From Phoronis australis (Eukaryota; Animalia; Phoronida): a DNA stretch of 64,000 bases. The stretch is from positions 253,072 to 317,071 of the forward strand of contig NMRA01000224.1 in assembly GCA_002633005.1 (NCBI GenBank), written 5' to 3'. The stretch's first letter is position 1. Every line of letters starts with the position of its first letter. The notes beneath the pieces are model-generated. The model did not search any database, was not told where the DNA came from, and worked only from the letters and a program-made list of their open reading frames with translations. Of this stretch, positions 13,401 through 25,400 are shown in pieces. The translations under genes were made by a program, and so were the position numbers.

Positions 13401-16400
13401 TAAAGTTGTACATTTTTGAGAAATTTGAGTTTGAAGTTACCTAATAATCACCAAAGAGCTTAGTAAACTTTTATTTGTAAAAACAACAGTTTTGGTGACT
13501 TTTTTGTAAAACAAGTAATATGGTCCCATCAGTGCCATTGTATTGAACAATATTACACTCACATTACACGTTTTACTATTGTAAATTAATTGTAAACAGT
13601 GAAATTTAAAAAACGTAAAGAGACACCTAGTGGCAAAAATGCAAACTAAGTCTGAATGTTACTAGGAGCTTATTCCGGCATTGTCAGGCAACAAAAAGAA
13701 CACAAAACACTTGAGACTGGGAAAAATTTGTGCCTCAATGACTAAAACATTGACTAATGGTGTAAAATACAGCTTGTTTGCATAATACACCAGAAATACG
13801 TTATAGTACAAAAACAATATAGTTGAATGATCTCTGTGAATGTGCACAAAGACTGTATGAAAATAATAGATTATTCTGACAGCGTTTATCAAGCAGTATG
13901 AGACAAATACATGACAATGATCAAAGTATGTACTTTCTATGACTTAATCAACAAATAAAATTAACTTTTTAATACAAAAAAGGAAATAACGGGGTTGGAG
14001 GTCTATTTAGGGTTGACTTGTCAAAGAACTATCCAATGTTATGCAGTCAGTGTTGCTGATGTTACTACAGTTGTCACAGCTGCACATTTCTGTACAGTTT
14101 GACCCAGCATTGCAGCACAAACTCAGTTTCCCAGCACACATGTTCTTTTTGCACTTGCAGCGTTCATCGTTTAGTACTGTCAATGGAGATGCGGTCATTG
14201 CCATACATATTAACTGCAAAGCTCCACCGCCAAGGAGCCAACTATGGTCGATTAGAGAGGGTACAGCACTGCACACTGGTGATTAGCCCGCAGGCAATGA
14301 AGGGTCAAACACTAAGTCCTTGTTTGGAGGCGGGCACTATTTGGGCAAACGTTTGATTCAAAATATGTTATAATGGGCTGTGTTAATTAGAGTCAGCAAG
14401 TGAATTATTGAACACTAGCCTCAATTCACTTTCGTATCTCTTAGTCGGGCACAAACTACAACAGTGAGTAGCTTCAACAATATTTCTTAAGATTGCCTGT
14501 CCAAATAACTTCATGCACACCAGCTTTCTGAAGAACAGCTTCAAAGTCTTGCTTTAGTTTTGAAAGGCAAATGACATCTCCTTGTGTTAGAAGCTTCGAT
14601 TCAATGAACTCCAAACAAAACTGTAGAAAAACATCTCTGAAAACTGTGAATTCGTCACTCTTCACAATCGTTGTCTTTCTATTTTTTATAGCATGATGAT
14701 CTGTGGTACTTGGCTTCTAAGACACAAGGTCTTTATCTTTGAATTTCATTTGCATATTCAGGGCTCTGGACTGAGCTGTTGCTTGCGATACAAGTCCAAC
14801 TGAAAAAAACCCGAACTGTTAACACTAATTTAACATTCAACTATGAGTGAGTTGGCATGCAACTTTTTCAGACGGACTTATCAGGAACTGATCCACCACC
14901 AGCCTAACAAATTTACATGCCGTCTGATCTGTAGCCTAATAATGTTGATCGTCTAATAATTAGATCAGTTGATGCAACTGAAAATAAATCAGCTGATATA
15001 CCAGTGCAGTGATTGAAATTTAATTTTTTTAAATCAGATGCTCAAACCATAGTCAATCGATTTACACTTAAGGTAATCGACGTTTGACGAAATGGACAGT
15101 GGCTTCCATCGTCCTCAAATTTCGACGGCGACGATGGCCACTTAGGCACTTTAATTTAATTATCATTGCAGCTACCTAAGTAATTAATGTTTACAAAAAA
15201 TTGAGACTACGGCAGGGGATGACGGCCACTTGGGCATGTTGTTTGCAACCATCTACTCCATTTAACCTTCTCAAAAATTTTTGACTTAAAGTGCTTTAAA
15301 ATCACACCCACAGTATAACGCCATAGGATTATCCCTTAGCGCAAGCAGTGTCGATGTGGCAACTGAATGGAGTGTTCGAAAAACAGGATTGCAGGAGTAT
15401 TTGTTTAAACTGGGAACAAATGAAAACATTAACGACCTCCTCAGAGGCATCTCTCTACGCGGTACTTCTAAACTTATAGGAACATAATTTGCCGAAAAGT
15501 ATCCGGCATATGAAGTACCTATGGTATGATCATCGTCTCTACTGGGTCAGCAGTATTGTCTAAGGCCTAGGCAGTCAAGGGGCTGAACAAGTTAAAAAAC
15601 AACTGGTGATAATACTGAATCACACGTGGAAAACACCAAAATGTATTTTTAAAAAACACGTACCTGTTTTTGAAAGCTATACTTCTTTCTCTTTCTTGAA
15701 ATGTGGCCCATAATGTACTTTTCCTGCTAACAAATGATGCACTCATGTTTCAGAATGTTCCTATCTTGTTCAGGTTAATTGGGTGTTTCAGATTTTGGAA
15801 GTGATTGATTTTCTTGGGAAATCTTGGATAACATCTGTATCACTTTCAGCAACTTCAGCTTTAGTACTACTGTTGGTGCCTTGAAACGTTGCTATGCCGT
15901 TCTATGTCCTTTCAATTTTCTGGTCTGACACTTGGTATTCTAGTCTATAGCACTCAGCAGTATACTGTGTAGGCTACCAGGGCATGCAGCTGTTTTCTGC
16001 ACAAACGTTTGTGACACCTCTTCTTCTTTTTGATCTACTGATCTACAGAGTTCCACAGTCAATCAGCTTTCGTCAGGAAGCTTTCCTAAGCTTCTTTAGG
16101 CTCTGACATCACAATTTTGTGCTGTTTGATAAACCTTGAATTATACAGACATCACATTCCATGGGAGCAGCCATATTGAAGTAACTAAGCACAACAATAC
16201 AATCTGGCTCTCTGATTGGTCAATTCACTAGAAAAGCGCCATCAAGTGGCAGGAATATGCATCATATTTTGTGCAACAAAAACACCTTTTTTTAAAAAAA
16301 TGTGCAAGTGTAGACGTGGGAACTTTTTGGAATTTGATTTTTAGTTATATTATCTAGCCACATAGAAAAAACTAGGTTGCCCCCCCAAAGTACTCACAAG

Positions 16401-19400
16401 GATGAACGCTATGAGATCTGGCCCACCGACTATATGTATTCTTCTAATGAACTTTCTTTCTTCTGCGACATCTATGCTTATTAAATCTGAATAGCTGATA
16501 AGTGTCCCAGATGAGTCTTTCATCAAGATTTCCAGAGGCCTCACTTTCCCTTTCTTATACGGTGCTGCTGTGACATCACACTCTGTCATTGCATGCAGAC
16601 CAGGCAATGCTGCAGCGAGACCCCTTGTTACCGAAACACGGAGTTGTTTATATATTTATTTAAATAGCATTGGGACTCCACCGCGTGGCTGCGCACCAAA
16701 TTAGGGGTGATTTGTATTTTATCACGGAGGACATTATATCGGCCATCGACAAATGACTCCGCGAAACTAAAACATTGAATTTCGACATCATGTAAAAATT
16801 TCTTCAAAAACTTACCACTAGGCGAGTTATCTGTCTCACATCTTGACACCCGTCTGCTTTTCGCTTCTTGTGATCATGAGAGTAAACAAAGGCTTTAGTG
16901 AACGAGTTTTCTATAATTAGTTTTTGTTTCCTGCGGTCCCATTTTTTGCAGTTAACTTATTAAATACACCACTATTGTCACCAATTGAGAATATGTGTAC
17001 TTCGATTTCCGTGGTGCAGTTTTTAACATCTTGTTGTCCAGTTGATTGAGTTTCCCACCCCAGTACTTGAACTAGTAGGGGGAAGATGCATGTACAATTG
17101 TAGCTCCATTTTTAAGGTCCTTTCTGGGTTTCTGGCCAACTATTTCCAGAGTAAAATTCGTCTTTTTTTTGTTCAGTGCAGCATGATTGCTGGTTTCAAA
17201 TCAGTTTAAGCCGATACCTTGAAAATCTGTCTCAAAAATGGCATACCGTGGTTGAGATTTTTGAGGGTTTCTGCCAGGCACAATCCAGAGTGTATTTTGT
17301 CTGCCGGTCATAGGGCATTTAGTAACCTGGGACACGTATTGAGTCTCATGTAATTGTTTTTTTTGTGGTACCTCGAATGTATGTGCTAGCTCATTTTTGG
17401 GGAGTCTTTTTTAATTTCTGCCGGACCCATTCCAGAGTGCAGTTTGTCTGTCATGGGTCATTCAGTGTTCAGTGCGGTACTATTGTTCGTTTTAAATCAG
17501 TTTTGGCCGGTACCTCGAATATCTAGTCTAGCTCAAATTTTTGATGGCATACCATGGTTGAGATTTTTGGGGGTTTCTGCCGGGCACAACCCAGAGGGTA
17601 TTTTGTCTGTCATAAGGGTTTTAGTGATCTGTGGCATGTATTGAACTATATGGAACTGGTTTTTTGTGGTACCTCGAATGTATGTGTTAGCTCATTTTTT
17701 GGGGTTCCTTTTTTGATTTCTGCCGGACCCATTCCAGAGTGCAATTTGTCTGTCATGGGTCATTCGGTGTTCAGTGCGGTACTATTGTTCGTTTTAAATC
17801 AGTTTTGGCTGGTACCTCGAATATCTAGTCTAGCTCATTTTCTGGGCCCTTTTTAAGGCCCTAGGGGTCACACCCAGAGCGCATACAACGGCAGACGTCC
17901 ATTTCCGTACATACTGAGGTGGACTCTAAATGCTCCCGTGGTCAGTTGTTGGTACCTCGTTCATCTATGCTAAGTGCTCTGGGCTGCCGGTCCATCAGTG
18001 AAAAGGACAGTTCGTCATCCAATGAACAGATCGGTGAGCCTAAGTTTGATAAGTTTATTGTGGACTTGTATTGGAGCTATTTAGAAGGTGCCACGTGTGT
18101 GGCGAGGGAGTCGCACGGTGGAATATAAGCGGTTTGGGTGCTCAAGTCACCATCCACGGGGAGTGTGTCGCAGGACACTCGGGCAAGTGGGGCAGTTCTT
18201 CCTCTATATGTGAGACGATAATGAGTACATCTCGGTACGCAGCAACAGCGTGGCATGTTGACTGACTCGTAAACAAAAGCAAACGACGACCGAACTTATC
18301 ACAACCGAGGTAGAACAATGACTGACTCGACTACTCTCACAGTCAGACTGTATGAAAAGAAATTGGCGCGAAATTCTTGCCTCCCAAAATGTCACTTCCG
18401 GAGTATACGACGAGTAATTAATTAAATGACGAAAAGCTGTAATTAGGGGAAAAATATGTCTGGGATAATCAACAGACCTTATTTTTGCTAAAAGTGACGT
18501 GAAAAAAGGTTGCCTTCGCCTTTAACATGTTTTGGTTATTCACTGAAGGTGGCGCTATTAAACAATGTAAGTTTGATCGAATGAATGTATCAGTCTTATT
18601 ACGATGAACATTTCCCACTATCCAATGAATGTTAGTTCTCTATTATCCATTAAATATTTCTGTTACTGTCAGGAGCTGGTGGAGATCAGCCCCCTGCTGC
18701 AACAGCGCCCCCTCTGGAGAAGATGGACCAGGTTGCAGGATACGACAATATCGGCTTCACCTCCAGTAAGTGTTTCTTGTTTCATGCAAAGAACGGGTGT
18801 TGGCCGGTGTGCAGTATAAGACTTACAACTATTTAGTAGACGGCCACACTAGTTTGCAAGACTAAAATGAGTTGTGGTACACTAAATCTAACTAAAATGA
18901 GTTGTGGTACACTAAATCTAACTAATTTAGGACACAATATGGCAGACAAGTGAAATTTTATCATTGTTCATAAATGATTGCGTTTCCACAGTCAAGTTCT
19001 TTAACCCACTTTTCAAGCAAACTTTGGTGAAATTCAGCCAGTTTAGTGCACACTTTATTCCCCCAAGTTTATTGCCCCTCTACTATTCCAAATCTAATGC
19101 ACTCTGTGTGACCTATTGTCCGGCTCAGCAGAAGATAAGGGTCTTTCAGATAACTACATTATCAGGTCAGGAGGTCCTTCACAACTGTTGCTATTATGGT
19201 GGAACAATTAACTTGCATACTATCAAGGAACCTAAACTACACAGTTAACGGACTCATAAACACGGTCACGGACGCATGAACACGACGCACGTACCTGCAA
19301 ACACCGTTCACTGATTCACAAACACGGGAACGGACTCACAAAACACGATCCATTCACCCAAATACACAGGAAACGGACTCACATTCACAAAGAAACTCGG

Positions 19401-22400
19401 TTAACGGACCGCCAAACATGGGTCACGGACTCATCGGCTTCCTGGGTCAGCTGACATCTACATTTTGTCCGTAAACCGTGTTTGGCGGTCTGTTAACCGT
19501 GTTTCTTTGTGAATGTGAGTCCATGTCCCATGTATTTGGGTGAATGGATCGTGTTTTGTCAGTCCGTTCCCATGTTTGTGAGTCAGTGAACGGTGTTTGC
19601 AGGTACGTGAGTTGTGTTCATGCGTCCGTGACCGTGTTTATGAGTCCGTTAACTGTGTAGTTTAGGTACCTTGACTATAAAGGATAGAGAATTGTGATTA
19701 TTTCTGGTGAACAACCTCACCAGGAAGGATGTGCTTAAGTCAAACTTTCTGCAAAATTCCACAACTGTACTCAGAAAAGGACGTGTTTTTGAAAATAGAA
19801 AGATTGTAGAATTTATTATAATTTTCTACTCAACACAAATCTGCCATCACATGAGCATGCTGTCTTTTACTAAAATTTAACAAAGAAACAATGTTGCAGG
19901 AAAGATAAAGCATTATCAGCATGGCCAAATTTCATTTCACATAAATATTCATGAACAGATCTCAAAATCAGTTTTCAAAATATCCTTTTTTATTTGATGC
20001 AGCTTTTAAGACGAAAACCAATATTTTCATAAAAATCATTAATTGAAGCCTTGAATTTTGACAGTATCTTATTAAAAACAATCCTGTTTAGTCTTGAGAA
20101 CAAGGTTGATAGCATAGTGTCTTTTTCATTTGAGTCTGATAAGCTGTTTTAGAGATACCGTGTGGGCAAAATTTCGAAATTTTTATCAATCATAACCTTA
20201 AAGTAAGAAATAACACTTAACCTGGAGGCAAAGGTTAATATCGAAATTAGGTGCAGCATGAACAGCTAAACCATTAATGAGTTGACAAATTTGGATTTAA
20301 AATTCACTGTGTAAAAATCGAAGTGATGTGACATTCGATTGCCAATCTCAAAAGAAAGACACCAGGTTGATTGCTTTAAAGTATTTTATTTAAAGTAAAC
20401 CGTTTTTACAAACATAACACACTTCTTGAGGTTTCTAAATAATGAGTCAGAGCATCACTTCTCAAGTCACTGTGAAGACAGGATACACACAACATAATAA
20501 AAGTGTAATACTGGTTAAAAATCCCTTCTTAATACCAACGTAGACAAAAGCAAAAAAGTAAATATTAGCATGTTGTATAAGGTGCCGAACCTGTACAAAG
20601 TGACGAGGTACCAAAATGCAGTGTCACACAGCATCAAAATAAGATTTTTATTAGGGCTGCTAGGGAGTTCCTAACTACTGTGTATCGCATTATGTACTAC
20701 AGGAAGAAAGTCATATGGAAACCTGCACGTCTGTTATATATATATCTATGAAATCAAAAAAATATCTACAAAAATACTATAGAGCACAACTATACGGAAG
20801 GGCATACACAGTCTCTGGAATAATACCGCAAGATGTCATACAAAATATACAACACACAAATCAGGTAACTTGGTGTACCAAATATGATTGCCAGCAAGAA
20901 GACCTGGGTCACCACAATATTGAATCACTGCCTGTACTTTCTCGCTGCACGTAAACACTACCAAAGTAGCCGTCTATTTGAAAATCGTCATCATAGAAAA
21001 TGCCCGACCACGTTGCACGATGAAAACAAACTTTCGTCGAGTCACTACAGTGTAATTAATGCGCGGTTGGAATAGTTTCAAAAGTTGTGCCAACGCAACG
21101 AAACGTGCTATACTAATCGATAAGAATCTTTTCAAAGGTCTTTGAAACGCAAGTTTTCCAAATTTTTTAAAACTTTTCAGACAGACTGATCTAAACGAGT
21201 CAAAAAGCATAGATAAGTGTTCATACGTGCTTAGGGCCAGAGCCGAAGAACTTTGAAAAACTCCTCAACAAACAACAAATTCAAAAGTGTAAGGTGTGGT
21301 TTTGCAGCATTTTTCGTCACGAATGCGAACAAAATATCAAACTTGACCTCCGACTAAAACTTGAGAAGTTGTATTTTGCAACTGAAAACCACTAGGCAGA
21401 AGTAATGAGAAGTTTTAAGACCATATTGAAATCAAACAGATGTTGCAATGTCATGCAGTTACCGACGAATAAAAATGTAAAACAATAAAACTAGTAAAAC
21501 TGAAATGACGAGCATCGGTACTAAAATACGTGAAAATATTTTTAATATATTTTAGTACCTACGCTCGTTATTTTAGTTTTACTATTTTTACTATTTCATA
21601 GTTTTAAGACCAGTCAATTGACAGTGTACACAGATCACACAATGGGGCTAGTTACATATGGAGATCTTATGCTGATAAAGCCCACTGAAACCTTTTGTAC
21701 GCTACCAGACACTTCGCTTTGTAAAACGTGACGCTTTCGAGCTTTACTTCACCAGGCTTTGCTGTGATATGCATAGCTACCACCAGACAGTATTTTGAAA
21801 AGTTGTCATCATTGTTAGAAGCCTTGGAAAATTGATAGAAGGGCCATTTCAACAATTGTCTTTGTCTGAAATTGTGATATTTTGTTGTTTCATTTTTAGA
21901 AAATTAAAGGCGTTGGTTGTATCTCACTTTAATGTCTTATAAAAAGTCTTCATTAAGATGTGATAACATCTCTCAGTGCTTTCTTACCATTTGTGTTAAA
22001 GGCTGTGGTAACATTTTGTTTTTGTTCTGTGGCATGCTTCTTTAGTATTAGATTTTAAGCTTTCATTTCCTAGGTGTGATGGCACCACCGTCTTATGATG
22101 AGGCTGTCCAACAGGGTCCGCCACCGAGTCGGGGTGAAGTAACAAGGTAAGTTGCATTCGTTATTGTATTGGATTATATGTTGAGCATATTGTTGGTATG
22201 TTACATACCTTATTCCTAGGGTACTTTTATATATGGATCATGTTGAGATCTATTCAGGATCATATCGAGACTGTCACAGGATTATGTTGAGACTTATTCA
22301 GGATCATATTGAGACTTATACAGGATCATACTGAGACTTACACAGGACCATATTGAGACTTGTACTGAGTCATATTGGGACTTATACAAGATGACATTGA

Positions 22401-25400
22401 GGCCTATACAGGATCATATTGGGTCCTGTGCTGGATCATTTTGAGACCTATACAGGGTCATTTTGAGACTTGTACAGGGTCATATTGAGACTGATACAGG
22501 ATCATATTGAGACTTAGACAGGGTCATATTGAATCTTAAAGTTCTTAAAAGTACATTTTTGGTTTAATGAGTAAAAATGCATTTTTGGGACTCTGTTTAG
22601 GTGGGATAGACTTCTTGACGTTATAAGCTTTAAACAGTCGAGAGCTATAAAACAACAAAATACGTTGCATTGATTTTGTAATATTTTGCCAATTCTCGCC
22701 ATTGTCTGGCAGAGGAAGATGAAGTGTGTTGCAGTGAAGATTGATGTTATCTGTTTGTATTTGTGCAGTGTCCCACATATCACAGAGGAAGATGCCTCAT
22801 CAGCTTTCTGAAGTTTGTTGCAGTGAAGATTGATGTTATCTGTTTGTATTTGTGCAGTGTCCCACATATCACAGAGGAAGATGCCCGCTCAGCCTTGCTG
22901 AACCTTGTTGCACAACACTGTTGCTATGGTAAAGGTGCTGCTGAGCAGATGGTCATTACTGACCTCAAGTCATCAAGTGCATTTCATGTAAGTCATGAAA
23001 ATTCTCTCTTGACACACGTTGAAGTACTTGGATGGGTGGCACACCATGGGGGGCTGAGGGCTATAGTTCCCCCCCCACTTATGTCACTGCTGTGCTGCCC
23101 ATGACTTGCCTACCATTGTTACCTGGTGTTGCGTTTCTTCAAGTAGTTGCCAAAATGGCCATTTTCCATTTTACAAAGACTGATTACCATTTTGCAAATA
23201 ATGAGATTTCCATGAAATATGTAGTTCCATGCTTGTAGTAGACTAATATTTATTCTTAGTCTTTATTTTTTTGGAGAAATTGAACAATTAAAGTAGTTTT
23301 TCACTTGTCGGCCATGTTGTGTGCCAATTAAGTGGGGAATGGTTGTACCTCTAAACACGTAGTGCTTTGGTTAATTTGGAGCGTGTTATTCCAGTACACT
23401 TTGGAAAGTTTTGGCGAATCGCGATCAACATCATGGGCATACGAGCCGTTCCGTAACCAGGTGATTGACGGCCCACACAATGGCCCCGCCCCTGGTCCTT
23501 GGGACATCCAGGCGTCGCCATCAGCCAAGTTTAAGAACCAGACGATGCACGTTGAAGTACCACACACCGCCTCAGTGAAGGTACTAAGCACTTGTTTACT
23601 GCTCTGCTGTAATAACAAGACAAATTTTTGGGGTTTCTTCCGATGCTAAAGATAAGTCATGGAAATCGTTAGCCGGGTCTAGGGGGTCCAGACCCCTTTT
23701 TTCCTTGATTTTAGTGATATCAAATCTAGAATTTTCAAATTGTCGACTTCGATCCCCTTTTAAAAAACCTTGATCCAACCACCTCTCCTTTTAAAAAATC
23801 CTAGGTCTCTCCCTGGATTTTCTGCAATCTTCTTGGGGACAGGCCATGTGAAAATGAAAGCTGTTCTGCTGACTTGATGTTTTTTAATCTTTATGAAAAA
23901 ATGGCAAACAATCTGCAGCCTCAAGGTTTCACGTTAAGAAAATTAGACGCGTTTTCCCTATGATGATTTGAACTTGGGACCTTTTGCTACCTGTGAGAGA
24001 TTTTAGCCCTGTGACTGTTGGTGAGGAACAGATGCCTGTTGACTGAAGTTGGTGACTGTGATCATTTTAATGTTTGCTTACGCCTTGTTTATGTGTGGGC
24101 TCTAGTGTATCTGGTATTGTTTAGTTTAGTTGGTATACCAATCCTTAAACAGGGTTGGAAGTCCGTACGTTGAAAGTGTACAATTTAGTGTTGTACATAT
24201 CACTCTCGAATTGCACATCAAACATTAACCTGTGCACTTCGAAACTGCGATCACATGAGAACATGTGAGAACACGTGAGAACACGTGAGAACATGTGAGA
24301 ACATGTGAGAACATTTATAATACAGTGAATATAGCTGTAAATCAATCTCTTCAAAGGAACTTATTCAGTCAAAGATTTGACGTTTCACTATTTGCTTGTC
24401 ACACCACCATTTGCATTTTTCACCTAGCGACGAACTCATGAACTAAAGTGTTCACTTGGCTCATTGGCTGGCATTCGGGTCACTATTAATTATAATATGA
24501 TGTCATTAGGTCAAAATCTAAGAGTACAAGATTGGAGAAGATTTGACTCGTCATTGTTAGAGAAAGCTAAAAAAAGAAGCGAAATATAACTGGGCAAGAC
24601 CGTCTATGGTGCCCTAAATATCCAAAGGGAATTTGATTTGGTTCTAGCACACTCAACAAGTATTTTCCCCAATTTTGATTTATGTCCATTTTACAAAATA
24701 GTGAAAATTTTTTCGATGAACCTTCAGCTCTATTTGAGCTGAGTATTGGCAACATTTAATTCAGATGTTGTGTTTAGTAACGAGTGTATTCTCCTTTACC
24801 TGCAGCCCTGCCATACCTGTTTCTCATCTGGCCAGATACAGTGTGACCACTGTCTGGGTGCTGGAAGGGTAAGTACTTACCTGTGGCCATGGTTACGTGA
24901 TCTTTATACCACTCTGTCAGGCACTGGTGACATGTTTGTATGCCCACGTACGTGGACGCACGTTGCCGTCATCTCTTTGCTGGCAGATGTCTTGCATTGT
25001 GCCATTTGNTCTGGCATTCTAATGCTGTGCTAATCTCGTATGTTGGTAAATTTGTTTTTAATTCTATGTTTCTGTGGTGCTTTAAGCAACTAGTGTATAG
25101 GATGTGCTTGTATTATGAAGATTACGCACATTTCACCCACAGCCTATTGAGGAGACAATGACCATGCCTTTCCATTTTGCTAAGTACAACATACTACATA
25201 TATGCCCTCTACTGGCCAATTTATGGTACCAATAAACAACCCTAGAAGGATACCGTTTGCGGTGCAATTGTGGGTGCATTTCAACGCTCTGCGTTGCTCT
25301 TGTAATATGATGTCATTAGGTCAAAATCTAAGAGTACAATATTGGAGAAGATTTGACTCGTCATTGTTAGAGAGAGCTAAAAAAAGAAGCGAAATATAAC

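Larger units (their letters stand above)
10792..18521 (+). mobile_element. Kolobok derivative, copy B, both ends present, TTAA target-site duplication, containing nested Academ elements
   Basis: TTAA 10788-10791 and 18522-18525; termini ATGCGAAGGCAACC...GGTTGCCTTCGCCT; THAP remnant 11055-11330; transposase remnant 17998-18205. Confidence 0.85.

Noticed and set aside
22235-22532. Regular ~21-bp repeats as a CRISPR array
   Set aside because: Head-to-tail diverged units without unique spacers, inside an animal intron, and no cas genes
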